From contig OZ024740.1 of NCBI GenBank assembly GCA_964016885.1, forward strand, positions 121,086,001 through 121,150,000: a stretch of 64,000 nucleotides of DNA. The letters are read 5' to 3'. The stretch comes from Eledone cirrhosa. Its lineage: Eukaryota. Positions 1 through 13,950 of this stretch are shown piece by piece. The first letter of the stretch is position 1. Each line of letters starts with the position of its first letter. The position numbers and the translations under genes were made by a program. The notes below the pieces were generated by a model that was not told the DNA's origin, did not search any database, and saw only the letters and a program-made list of their open reading frames with translations.

Positions 1-61
1 TACACAGCTAAGTATTCTATAAGTCTCTAGCTGTGTCATTCTCGATAAAAGCACTGGATAT

Positions 62-104
62 GTAGTCCTGATGATTTCTAACGAGAATGAAACGCGTAGA
101 TTAC
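62..104 (+). ncRNA. Type I minimal hammerhead ribozyme, unit 1
   Basis: Stem I GTAGTC/GATTAC; CTGATGA 68-74; stem II TTCT-AACG-AGAA; GAAA 89-92; palindromic stem III ACGCGT; GTA cleavage triplet ending at 98; enclosed by perfect 16-bp inverted repeat 38-53/111-126. Confidence 0.88.
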
Positions 105-371
105 TTCCCTTGCTTTTATCGAGAATCTAATTGTAATACGTGACGTATTCTATTCTATAGCGATTAGGTCTTCAAAATGTTTATTATAAACATACAGAAT
201 ATTTTCGAATATTCTATGTCTATATTCACATATATATCGCTATTTCAGAGCATTTATTCCAATTTCTAATTTCTGCCGGACCGGCAACCGCTCTTTCAAA
301 CCAGTTCCTGTACACAGCTAAGTATTCTATAAGTCTCTAGCTGTGTCATTCTCGATAAAAGCACTGGATAT

Positions 372-414
372 GTAGTCCTGATGATTTCTAACGAGAATGA
401 AACGCGTAGATTAC
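372..414 (+). ncRNA. Type I hammerhead ribozyme, unit 2
   Basis: Same sequence as 62-104 shifted by 310. Confidence 0.88.
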
Positions 415-681
415 TTCCCTTGCTTTTATCGAGAATCTAATTGTAATACGTGACGTATTCTATTCTATAGCGATTAGGTCTTCAAAATGTTTATTATAAA
501 CATACAGAATATTTTCGAATATTCTATGTCTATATTCACATATATATCGCTATTTCAGAGCATTTATTCCAATTTCTAATTTCTGCCGGACCGGCAACCG
601 CTCTTTCAAACCAGTTCCTGTACACAGCTAAGTATTCTATAAGTCTCTAGCTGTGTCATTCTCGATAAAAGCACTGGATAT

Positions 682-724
682 GTAGTCCTGATGATTTCTA
701 ACGAGAATGAAACGCGTAGATTAC
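682..724 (+). ncRNA. Type I hammerhead ribozyme, unit 3
   Basis: Same sequence as 62-104 shifted by 620. Confidence 0.88.
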
Positions 725-844
725 TTCCCTTGCTTTTATCGAGAATCTAATTGTAATACGTGACGTATTCTATTCTATAGCGATTAGGTCTTCAAAATGT
801 TTATTATAAACATACAGAATATTTTCGAATATTCTATGTCTATA

Positions 845-882
<38 letters not shown>

Positions 883-936
883 CACATATACACATTCTGC
901 CAGACTTGTCTGAAGGGAGAAAAATCTGCAAATCGC

Positions 937-3098
937 TTGCGTAAGCTCATGCAGCGCTCACGTAATGGAGATATAGCATGCTTTCAAACAGACAAGTCTG
1001 GCAGAATGTCGGTTGACAGCCTGCCAAACTACATCCAGGCAATGCAACCCCACATCACTAACACAAGAGAGGTAACACCACAGCATCATGAGGATACAGA
1101 AAAAGCCGTCAATGCTCATATGATGATGTGGACGAATATAATGCAGCCCAACAAAAGGACTGCCAACAACTTCCTGGAACAATGACGTGCCGGCGTTGTA
1201 TGGGCTTCTAAAAGACCATAAAACGGGCAGTGACCCTGTCACGGGACCACCAACACGGCCAGTCTGTGGGGCTAACATTGCTAGTAAATACAGACTGTCC
1301 TACTTCCTCTCCCTGATCATACGCCCCATCATTGAAATGTCCCCAGATGCATGTGACAGCACGGAGGACCTCCTCAGCAGGAATTGGCGAGGGTAACCGA
1401 TCTAGGGACCTAATAATCTGCATAATAGGTAGTATGGATGTTGTGTCCCTGTATCCATCTATTGCCGTGGATTTTGCTGCGGAGAAATGCGTAGAAATGA
1501 TCAGTGAGAGCAATGTTGAGTTCCGTGGGATTGATACCAGTGAGCTGGGACTCCTACTTAAACTTACCTATAGTAATAATTACCTAGACACATATGGCCT
1601 TAGCAACCTGTGTCCTACAAGACCAGCAAGAGGCAGACCACCTACCATTACCTCAATGGCCAAGAAAACCCACACAGATAGATGGAACGGGTGGACCAGA
1701 GCCATACGGACCCACGAAAACCACGATGAACTGAAGAAAATGATTGCACATGCGGTAGGGGCCAGCATAAAACTAACCCTTAAGGAACATATGTTCAAAT
1801 TTAATGGAAAAACATATGCCCAAGAGGAAGGAGTAGCCATTGGTGTTAGCATTGCAGGCGACATAGCTAACTTATTCATGGTATGGTGGGACAGTAGACT
1901 TAAACTTAAACTTAAAGAACAATTAGAAGACCCCTTAACCCTGATAATGTACTCCCGCTACGTTGACGATATAAACATCGTAGTTAAGACACCCCCACTA
2001 GAGAACAGTCAGGAACTAGAGAAAAACACAATGGAAAGCATCCAGCAAATACCTAACTCCATCCACCAGAGTATTAGAGTTACTATAGACTACCCAAGTA
2101 AACACCCCAACCATCGATTACCTGTACTAAACACAGAGCTCTGGTTAGATACCATTAATAACAAAAAAACAAATCCTCCATTCCCATTATGTCAAACCCA
2201 TGACTTCCAAACATCTGATTCACCGAAACTCGGCAGTTTCGGACCATACCAAAATCATCAACTTACTGATTGCGGATTTGGTACGGGTGATGAGAAACGT
2301 GTCCCGCATGTGCAACCCCGAAGAACTAGAGAGACACATACAACACTTCATCCACCGTATGCAGTTCTCTGTTTACAATCAGAGAGAAAGAATCAGAGTG
2401 TATAGAGGAGCCAGAACCAAATGGGAAAAAATGGTAAATAATGACACAAATAGGACCTGCCCCTTGTATAGGTGCAAATTTTGGAATAGAATAGAAAGAA
2501 CTATGAATAAGGCCAATATAATAAACTCATGGTATGATAGCAATAAATACCAGAGTGTAATGTTCATCGATACAACCCCTAGAGGTGAATTAGCTTACAC
2601 ATTTAGAAAGGCCCTAGATAAACATAAACTCAATATTAAGATAGTAGAAAGACCAGGTACCTCCGTAAAAACACTTATTAGCAAGACATACCCTTTCCTA
2701 AGACCCCCCCCCCCTGTATAGATAAGAAATGTATAACCTGTAAAATAAGCCCCCATATTAACTGTAAAACTAGAAATGTAGTGTATAGCATAAGATGTAC
2801 TGAAGGACAATGTAGAGACAAAAATATAGTGTACATAGTTGAAACAGCTCGTAGTGTAGGGGAACGGGTAAATGAACACTGGCGAGACCTTCAAGATAGT
2901 AAAGAATCAACTGTACTCTACCAACATGCTAAAATAGAACATAAGTGTAACTTAGAGTACATAGAAATAAAAATAGAATCTACACACAGAAAAGACGCAA
3001 TGTTTAGAGAAATCACAGAGGCAATAAACATAAAAGAATTACAACCAAAATTAAATAGAAAATATGAGTGGAACAGCAACATCACAACTTACAATTAA
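937..3098 (+). pseudogene. Frameshifted PLE reverse transcriptase / GIY-YIG endonuclease ORF
   Basis: Five consecutive ORF pieces carry TDKSG, LYGLLKDHK, SMDVVSLYPSI, GVAIG, YSRYVDDI and VYSIRC...YIVETARS; collinear with the intact ORF at 40903-43263. Confidence 0.92.
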
Positions 3099-3299
3099 GG
3101 ACAAAATGAAAACACACACACACATAGAACAAACAACCAACCGGTAACATGTAAATAAACAAATAAATAAACAAATATAAACACACACAGACACCCGGAT
3201 GTGGCGCATGCGCAGACTGACCACACAACACAAACACAGAAAAAAAATGGCGTAGGACAGAACAAAGGAGAGGCACAAAAACAAAGAAAAGAATCCCCA

Positions 3300-3342
3300 G
3301 TCACTGAAGAGGTCACATAATGTGTGACGAAAGAACTCTGAC
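3300..3342 (+). ncRNA. Minimal hammerhead ribozyme in family A pseudo-LTR
   Basis: GTCA-CTGAAGA-G-GTCACA(TAATG)TGTGAC-GAAAG-AA-CTC-TGAC. Confidence 0.75.
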
Positions 3343-3550
3343 AATATATAAACAAATATCTGGTTGTGGAACCAACCAACCAATCAGAAATGTATAAATT
3401 CCTAAATTTATAAATTTATAATAATAAATTGAATTGAAAGTTTCTGGTGCGTGTGTTTCTTATTGGCAACATGACCCTCCCAAAGTATAACAATATCAGT
3501 TTCAACACACGATCTCAGATAAAGAATCTTGCTAAACAAATTCAGAAACG

Positions 3551-5100
<1,550 letters not shown>

Positions 5101-5694
5101 ATATGGTGGCAACTAAAATATACCTTCTTTCACTACTGAAATATTTGGATCTTCAGGTTATTTATTATTCAGGTTAATCATTATTCAGGTTATTTATTAT
5201 AATTGAAAGAAAGGGGAGTAGGAAAATGATTGTAAAATGGTGAATGAGTGGAAGACAATTAAAGGAAACAAAAGGTAAGGGAAAATGGGACAAATGTTTG
5301 ATTTAACGAATTTTCGATTTAATTAATCTCATTCAAATTCGATGTTATCAAATCATATCGATTTTGCATTGCAACATGAGAAGCATATTTTGTTAAATCT
5401 GAAACCAAATATCTTAATAGACTGTATACAATATTAATTGAATATTTAACTAGAAAATGTTCTCAATATAAGATAAAAGTAGATGAAAATGATGTAATTA
5501 TTAATCGAGACCAGAAACAATGGGGAAAGTAATAGTAATTAATTACTGAAACGAAAAGTTAGGCTTCCAAAGAAGTACATAATACACCAATTGCTACCAT
5601 TTTTATGTTTGACTTCTACAAGACTTCAGAAGTTCTCTTCTCAATATTGGAAATTCCGATTGCACAATATATATATACATATATATATATAATG

Positions 5695-5725
<31 letters not shown>

Positions 5726-5726
5726 G

Positions 5727-5763
<37 letters not shown>

Positions 5764-6116
5764 GCACACGTACACGTACACGCACACGCACACAGACACG
5801 TACACGTACACGCACGCGCACACACGCACACATAGATACATACATACATACATACATACATACATACATACATACATACATACATACATACTTACATACA
5901 TATATACATATTTCTATATATTTATTTACTTAATACAACCATGCATGGCCTTAATGGACCTCTCTTCTTTCTCTGATTTGCCTTTCACACCCAATTCCTT
6001 ACAGAACCTCATCCAAGCTGACAAAATACTCATCCAACACAACAACAAAATACTCTAACACCTATGAATAGTCGAACATGTAGATAGGAACACATCGCAA
6101 CATACACACATACACA

Positions 6117-6186
<70 letters not shown>

Positions 6187-6351
6187 CACACACACATAGC
6201 ACACATACAGCACATAACCGCATTCCACTTTGTTGCCTTGACGACTGTAACTGACTTATCAAAATCAGTTTCCACCTCAGTTACAAGTCATCTTATCAAT
6301 ACATTTTAAATAGAATATATTTTCTCTATCTTTAAACTGTATCTCCCGGCG

Positions 6352-6392
<41 letters not shown>

Positions 6393-6681
6393 CAGTGAGG
6401 ACTGGCCATGTTGTCAGGTTACCCAATGGCAAGTGGGCTTCAAGGAGCCCACATCAGCACTGCAGGCGCCCACTCTAGTAATTTGAAAAAAAATCTTTAC
6501 AAAATGTCTCAAAGAGAGAATAGACTTTTTTTTGTTTTAAATAGATAAATAAAGAAGTAAAGCGTTTGGTCAAACAATTCCCTAAGGAATTGGTAGAAAC
6601 CAAAATATATGATGGTGCTAATAGTTAGAATCACTGTGTAACTGTATTCAACCATATATGAATACACACATATATATATAT

Positions 6682-6871
6682 AACGAAGGAAATGTGGTAA
6701 GGAACAGGGTGGACCATAACGCACCAAAGTACTCAATACTTAGGGTAGTAGAGTGGGTAATAGGAACGAGTAGGACCCCGACGGCTGAGCTCAAGCCGTT
6801 TCGACGGCTAATTATGAGTCCAGAATTTGCCGTCGAAACAACTTGAGCTCAGCCGTCGGGGTCCTACTCGT
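6682..6871 (+). mobile_element. Fold-back repeat family, copy 1 (hairpin 6766-6871)
   Basis: ACGAGTAGGACCCCGACGGCTGAGCTCAAG...CTTGAGCTCAGCCGTCGGGGTCCTACTCGT; homologous to 60111-60373 (reverse strand) and 44731-44775. Confidence 0.75.
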
Positions 6872-7041
6872 CTGATTTAGTCGTTTTATTTACAATCCTT
6901 TAAAATTTATAATGGTATTATAATGAAATAGTATGGTAGAATATTAAATATTAAGTGTTAATTGAACAAGTACTTTCATGCTTTCGCAATCTTCAGGTTC
7001 ATAATATATGGTGACAGTCAAGTTTGCAATTTTAAACTGTC

Positions 7042-7128
<87 letters not shown>

Positions 7129-7254
7129 GTAGGAGGTGAGTTTTATTGTAGTACAATAAAGCAATGCAGATATCGGATAAGAAGCACTCTATAGTTTGTA
7201 GGACTGGAGTATACATAATATATAAGATCAAAAGATGGTTAAAAGAGTTCCATG

Positions 7255-7325
7255 TATTTTATTATGCGCATTTCAAAAACAAATATCATCATGCAATAAC
7301 ATTTGTGTTTTCATCAGATAAAATA
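7255..7325 (-). ncRNA. Type I hammerhead ribozyme (left arm)
   Basis: Mirror of 7448-7518, with perfect stem I TATTTTAT/ATAAAATA. Confidence 0.88.
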
Positions 7326-7447
7326 GGAAGACATGATATGAAGGTTAAAAAACACTTGTGGATAGTGCAGTTTTAAATCAACATTGATATGTTGATTTAA
7401 AACTGCACTATCCACAAGTGTTTTTTAACCTTCATATCATGTCTTCC

Positions 7448-7518
7448 TATTTTATCTGATGAAAACACAAATGTTATTGCATGATGATATTTGTTTTTGA
7501 AATGCGCATAATAAATTA
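7448..7518 (+). ncRNA. Type I hammerhead ribozyme (right arm)
   Basis: CTGATGA 7456-7462; about 16-bp stem II with GCAT loop; GAAA 7499-7502; palindromic stem III ATGCGCAT; ATA triplet ending at 7510. Confidence 0.88.
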
Positions 7519-7548
7519 CATGGAACTCTTTTAACCATCTTTTGATAT

Positions 7549-7580
<32 letters not shown>

Positions 7581-7906
7581 TATATATGTATACACACACA
7601 TATATATAAATATATATATATATGTATGTATACTTACACATACACACGAGCTGCCTTGAGCTGCTGGCCAGATACATTTTTTTCCATATCAATAGGTTAA
7701 AGACATATGTTAAATATATTATTGGTCAGTTCTTCAGTCTAAAGTCCCTCAGGAGAATGAGTCTAATAATGTTTGTACAAATTGAAAATATGTATGTGTA
7801 CATATCTATAAATCTATATATATATATACATGTACATGTCCACATTTACACGCGCTCCCAGATATATATTGAGTGAGTGTAAAAGACCAAACGTCATTAT
7901 TGAAAG

Positions 7907-8073
7907 GTTGCTGGATTGGCAGTATCGGTAGAGGGACGGATGCCATATTTGCAGCACAGGCTGAGTTCAAATCCCACCGAGGTTAACTTTGCCTTTCATC
8001 CTTACGGGTTCGATAAAATAATGCACCAGTAATGTACTGGATAACTTCTGGCCTTGTGCCAAAAGTAGAAACA
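7907..8073 (+). mobile_element. tRNA-derived SINE with 11-bp target-site duplication
   Basis: B-box-like GAGTTCAAATCC; core GCCTTTCATCCTTACGGG(G/T)TCGATAAAAT; ATTATTGAAAG duplicated at 7896-7906 and 8074-8084; many copies in window. Confidence 0.88.
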
Positions 8074-8446
8074 ATTATTGAAAGCCTCTGGATGTTTATT
8101 CTTTTTATTGGAGAGGGTAAGACAGTATGCTATAGAGTATACTATACATTCACAATTATTTAAAAATGTAATCGTAACATTCTGTATTAACATTTGTTAT
8201 TACTGTATACTGCCAATGTAATATGTACAGTATATATACAGTATAATTAATAAAAAAATACACATTTTGCCCCGCAAAAATTTCATTGCACTGTTTTGTT
8301 TTCTTTTTTGTATTTTTTGAAAATGTTATTTATTCATTATAAAAATTAAACGATAGTATTTTTATTATGGATGGGCCCAATTTATCACCTGACCAGCAAT
8401 ATTTTTACACCCAGTCCGCCACTGTGTGTGTATATATATATATGTA

Positions 8447-8701
8447 TACCAAAAACGTGGATTTGTCTTTGCGTGTAATTGTTCTCACGCATCACATAAC
8501 GACATACTATCTTCGTTTTTTCCGTTCATTGCCAGGGAACCTCTTCACGAACCAAAGTATCGTCTTCTTGTTTTCCTTCCCTCGCAACGGTTTTCGAAAT
8601 ATTTACTTCTGCGTTCACAGATTGTTTTTTTTTAGTTTCAGAAGATCGCGTGAATGGTGAAGGCAACAATTCTTTGCTTCAACTTTAATCTGTTATTTTA
8701 A
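8447..8701 (+). mobile_element. Solo pseudo-LTR fragment homologous to 62048-62300, with degenerate CAGAAGA-type HHR (8617-8693)
   Basis: Shares ACGAACCAAAGTATCGTCTTC and TAGTTTCAGAAGATC...ACTTTAATCTGTTATTTTAA; GAAA changed to GAAG. Confidence 0.8.
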
Positions 8702-10079
8702 GACACACACACGCATATATATATATATATTTTTTGTTTAAAGTAAAATGGCAGGAGCCCAAATAGGTTGAATTTCCTTAATTATTCATTTATGCAAATA
8801 CTATGCACACTTCAGTGATCAGGTTGCGTAAGAACCCAGTGTCATCTTCAGGTGTAAATTGTATAATAGATGTATACCAACGAAATGATGGTAAACAACT
8901 TCGAAAAGGCTTTAATGAAAAAGCAAAAAACAGACGATAAAAAAAGTGTGTTTATGTTTTTGACCCAGAGACGATCGAAGCAGTATGTCGAGTGTTTTCT
9001 CATATTACGTCATGCCTAACATTGCAGAATCACCAATTCTACCCAATGGTGTGTGTGTTTGTGTGTGTATGTGTTTGTGTGTGTGCATGTGTTTGTGTGT
9101 GTGTGTTTATGTGTGTGTGTGTGTATGAGATAGAGAGAGAGACAGACAGAGAGACAGACAGAGAGACAGACAGTAAGAGAGCCGAATCGCATCTTCGTTG
9201 CTGAAGGTCATTGACCATGGATACTAGCTACTCTTCTTACATTATATCGCATGAGGTGGAAAGTTTCGTGGATTGATCTTTTTTGGAATGGCGCATAACT
9301 GCTCCGCACCTTCTAGACCATCACAAGCACCAACCTTCTCACTAACACCTTTGTCAAAGTTTTCAACTATGCATATAACAACGTTATGGCCATAAAATTG
9401 TCGATCTCGTGCCCTTAGTTTGGGCCCGGTGTGCGCCCGGCCACCACACCTCGGTTTACAAAGCTAGGAATTGTTTCGTTCTGTTGACACTTCGCGGAGA
9501 CGTCTTCTATAGTATCACCGAACAGGTTTGGCATATTTTCGTAACGCTCGTATGGCAGACCTTCCAGAGTAAGGTGATTTTCCTCTCGTGCTATTACACA
9601 TCATGTATCATATTTCATCGAGTGTTATTTCACAAAAATCTTCGTCTCCCTCGCCAAGAACCGCCCAGGTCATCTAGTAGTCAATAATCTTCTTCTTCCA
9701 ATCCGGCTGATCACCACTCCTGAACAGATAAGTGAAAACACTCTGAAAAACCGACCACTTATTTTTGTAACATGGAACCATCATGGTTCACCAACGAGCG
9801 GTTGAGCCTTTGTTGCCACACGACGCATCTACCAAACGGGCCAATTGTACGGCGTTCATTCATTCCTGTCAACAGCATGCTTCCTAGCTCTGGCGCCGCA
9901 GTGTTTGTGCATAGCATTGAAGAATCGGTCAAGGGCCTATCTCAGCACGTGCAAGTTGGTTGCGAGAAGATTGCTAACTGTCTTTCTAGCTTTCTAATTA
10001 GCTCTCCCTCAAGTATACTCTATTTTTTTCTATCGCTATAGCATTAATACTTCTTATCGATTCTATTTGATTTTGAGCA

Positions 10080-10670
10080 TTTGATTTTGACGTTTGTACC
10101 CGCCAACACCCACTTAACTACATCAGTAAACCTTGTGCGCTAGAAAGACTCTTTCAGTTTCCAGTAACCTGGTCACTGCCTATAGTTTAAGTCGATTGTA
10201 TAGATCACAAATATGTGGGCTGTGTAGTCAACTACTTGACATTGAGGTAAACTTATGCTATTCTTATCTAATTCCTTCCAGGATTCCATAATTAGATACT
10301 GTCTGGATGACCCAGCATTCATTTAACATTTCTCTCCCGCCGTTCACTTACAGTAAAGAGTGGAAAGTTCCCAGAAAGGTTTCCAGGTGCCTGAAGAAAT
10401 CTGGTCGTCTTTTTCCCGTCGATACATAGACGTCAACTAACCTAAAAATATGTCTATCGTTGACGGTCAGATCATGCACAACCGACTTATATTCTTGATC
10501 CAGGAAGATGGTCTGTTTCACAAGATCCAGGCTCTTACGAAAAATCACGGTGCCTCTAGCTCCTGCTGCTGGATCAGATCACTTGGAGAAATATACAAGT
10601 CATAACCTCCGAAAATGGGCGCTAAATCTCGTGGCTTGGAAATTGTGGTTTAGCTAATGCCCACTACATC
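10080..10670 (-). pseudogene. Degenerate L1/Tx1-type APE endonuclease fragment
   Basis: ORF 10348-10548 ...IFRLVDVYVSTGKRRPDFFRHLETFL resembles the LINE endonuclease FRLV(A)VYAP...FF..L motif; boundaries approximate. Confidence 0.55.
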
Positions 10671-12369
10671 TATTTTAATTGCCTGTGGTTATTGAGCAGG
10701 TGACTCTGTTTCCATGGCGCCCCCAGGCCATGTCCATTCACACACCCTATTCTGCGCCAGACCATGTCATCGAGAAAAGAAGAAAAGTGAGAAAGAACAC
10801 TTACTTGGTTTGTGTGGATGGCGTTTTGTCCGACCTTCCGGTTGTTTTGGGATGTTTCCACCTACAGATCATCAACTATACGTTTGGTTATGTTCTCTCG
10901 GAAATCATCGATTTCCTTTGGTAATTTAGTTCTTGTATATGAGTCTTGCATTGTCTGAATGATTTTCATGTGTTTAAGTATGGAGATAATGTGCGTTGCG
11001 AAATCCCTAGATTTGATGGTTGTGTCTGGTCTCTTTATATTTCATTAGTTCTGTATTGTTTGTGTTTATAATCATGTAGTTTTTAAATGTTTGTTACTTT
11101 GCCTTGTTTGCTTTTGTATTTTATGTTGTCGTGTCAGGGCATGGGGATGTGTTTGTGGTGATGGTACGTGTGGGAGTGTTTGTTACGACATTTGGCTGTG
11201 GCTAAAATGGAATGATTAAAACAAAAAAGTTTACAATGAAATTATGAATTGTATGGAGTCCAATTTGTTGCACTCATTCAGGCCAGACCACCAGTTCCAA
11301 GATACTCTTTTTTCTATCTCTTACCGGTCTGGATTTTTAGATTAAGCAGAAAAGAAGAACAATGTGACTAAATGAAGAACAATGGGACAAATCTTGGTGT
11401 GTAAATTCTCACTTAACCGCAACCCAAGAAGCAATTCCCCGTATTGACTCTTTCATTTGCATAGTTGGAAGAGAATGAAAATCTCAATGGCCCATATTAT
11501 TTCCATATTATCCATTTTTTTTTTTCGATAAAATGCAATGCATGATTTTGTTCGTGATTCCATCTATTTCTATATTTTAGACATGCATATTATTGTAATG
11601 TACAGTATTACGAAATGTCTGATCATATCTCTTTTTTCTGTGCCGTTTTAAATAATTAGGTAGATTAGCCGTTAGGAAATTGCAGGATAAAAATAACTTT
11701 GTTGCTGATTACGAAACTAACCTGCCAAGCTTTTTAAGTAATCATCGATTCTGAACTGTTCTTTAGCTAATTATTATACATAGTTTGCTTCAGAAAATAG
11801 TTATTCTGTATATTTATTTTTAGTATGCTGTTGATGAGCAGTCACCCCCTTTTTATATGGTGATAATTATTTGCTTTTTGTTTTCAGTTATTTTTTTCTC
11901 TTGGTGTATTAAACTTTGTCCTTCTTTCTTGATATTCCTAATTGTCCCTGTTTGAGTGTCACCGTTGTAATTTCGAAGTTATCTCAATATTTGCATTAAC
12001 GCTATACATTTATGCTTGTATTCGTAGAGGTTTCTGTACTATTTTCTTCACCGTACATTATTGCCACTAATTTTCCCAATATATTTCCCCTTCGGAGAAA
12101 TGTTTCTTCTAGTATACTTCAATTTTCATTTTCATTTTATTTGTTTACCTTTTCTCTCTAAATTTTACTGTGGTGTTATGAATGTATACCGTGACAATAT
12201 GAAAGAAAAAAACAAAGCTAAAATCTTTCGTTCACATTCTCAAACCGACAGTGTATTTCAATTTCTTAGGTTATTTAATGATTATTTCTGAGTGTATCTA
12301 ATGTATTATATCATATTTCAGTGTTTCTTGTAGTTTGTTGAAGATGTTCTACAAACTAGAAACAATAAT

Positions 12370-12554
12370 TGTTTCTACTTTTGGCACAAGGCCAGCAATT
12401 ATCCCAGTGCGTTACTGGTACTTTGTTTTATCGACCTCGTAAGGATGAAAGGCAAAGTTAACCTCGGCGGGATTTGAACTCAGAATGGCAAGGGCCGCAA
12501 CTCTATGTGTCAAATCATGGCGTCCGATCCTCTACTGATACTGCCAATCCACCA
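12370..12554 (-). mobile_element. SINE copy with 12-bp TSD
   Basis: Reverse complement of the 7907 family; AGAAACAATAAT at 12358-12369 and 12555-12566. Confidence 0.88.
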
Positions 12555-13644
12555 AGAAACAATAATATATTTTACATATGTCCGTTTTATCTTTGGTTAA
12601 CGTAATTGGTGATATGAAACTGGTTTCAGGATAAAGAAAAAAACTTGTAAAGAATGTAAAAAATGAAATTAAAGAAACATGTATTACATTTGGACTTGGC
12701 ATTTTTTAAATATGAGTTGAAATCCAATAGAACATGTGAAACTGCATATTTCCATATTGTGTAAACGACGTAAAATTGTACCTAACAAATTATCATGATA
12801 AATTTGGAACATTTTCATTAGTGCTTATTCCGTTTAAATAATGGAGATGTACAGGTAAATATTAAATATGTTAACTATTCAGGATCAGTAGTAAACATTA
12901 TTACTTAATTAACGACATTTAATTAGAACTTTTAAAACAAACTTCCCAAGAATGTTAGTGACATATATCAGGAGCAAACTAACCCTTTCCACGATGGAAA
13001 ATCAACTGTAGGCGTGGCCCATTATATATGTACAAACTCGTGCAACCCCAGGGACCATGAACATCTAATGGAGCCGGAGGTGAACCGTCGTTATATATGT
13101 TATACAGGTCTGAGCGCCGCCGATTCCTTTAAGTGAAAGAGATGGGAAATTGAGAGAGAGAGAGAGAGATGAAGGGATGTGGCAGAAGGGCTATTAGTTT
13201 ATGTATCAACCTCGAGTGTGTGACTGGCAAATGTCAGATGGGTGGGATCGGATCTGAAGCGAATACCAAAGTGAAATTTATCGGACATTCTAAGGATTGC
13301 CAATTTACCGCATTTGTATAATTATAAAGTAGCAAATCTGATTAAAATGAAAATTAACTTAAACACTTAAATAAAGAGACATCGGGTATTAGTTTGTAAG
13401 AGATATACCAACATGTTCACAGAATAATTACATACCTAGGCGGAAGTGTTTTCATATGTAAAATTGAAATGAATTTTGGACTATATTATTATTTTTATTC
13501 AGATGAAATATAAAGATAATAGAGTAAATGAAAGTGCAGATTAAATGAATTAAGAGTTGTACTCCACCCATTTACTTACTGAATGTTATCTTTGCTCTTT
13601 AAACTAGTCCACGACAATAAATTAGATACCATTATTATACCGTT

Positions 13645-13950
13645 ATTCTGAGTTCAAATCTCGCCGAGGTTAACTTTGCCTTTCATCCTTACGGGGTCGA
13701 TAAAATAAAGCACTAATAATGTACTGGATAATTGCTGGCCTTGTGCCAAAAGTAGAAACAATTATTATACCGTTATTGGCAGTATCGGTAGAGAGTCGGA
13801 TGCCATGCATTGACGCATAGTTACGGCACTTGCTATTCTGAGTTCAAATCCCACCGAAGTTAACTTTGCCTTTCATCCTTACGGGGTCGATAAAATAAAG
13901 TACCAGTAATGCACTGGGTAATTGTTAGCATTGTGCCAAAAGTAGAAACA
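13645..13950 (+). mobile_element. Two tandem SINE copies (13645-13760 truncated, 13775-13950)
   Basis: Same family; ATTATTATACCGTT at 13631, 13761 and 13951. Confidence 0.88.

Larger units (their letters stand above)
1..848 (+). repeat. 310-bp tandem array (2.7 units, open at window edge), one hammerhead ribozyme per unit; retrozyme-like
   Basis: TACACAGCTAAG recurs at 1, 311 and 621; units look identical by eye; third unit breaks off at TATATTCA into a (TA)n tract at 849; no ORF of 60 aa or more. Confidence 0.95.
7126..7546. mobile_element. Inverted pair of PLE-type pseudo-LTR fragments: 158-bp arms 7227-7384 / 7389-7546, 4-bp spacer, about 100-bp tail on left arm
   Basis: Arms are reverse complements with one mismatch seen; both ends abut (TA)n; each arm holds an HHR. 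Confidence 0.88.

Noticed and set aside
1-848. CRISPR-like or plain satellite reading of the 310-bp array
   Set aside because: No variable spacers and a eukaryotic context; the ribozyme explains the periodicity better
1183-1185. In-frame TGA as selenocysteine (described for some Naiad PLEs)
   Set aside because: Comparison with the intact copy near 41325-41345 shows a small deletion; the TGA is out of the RT frame, and the intact ORFs have no internal TGA
7940-7980. tRNA gene
   Set aside because: B-box-like motif belongs to a SINE head; no cloverleaf
8790-8860. Minus-strand CTGAAGA hammerhead-like remnant
   Set aside because: GAAA absent and stems poor
9190-9990. Possible Tc1 transposase remnant
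   Set aside because: Only faint motif resemblance; no TIRs or DDE motif readable
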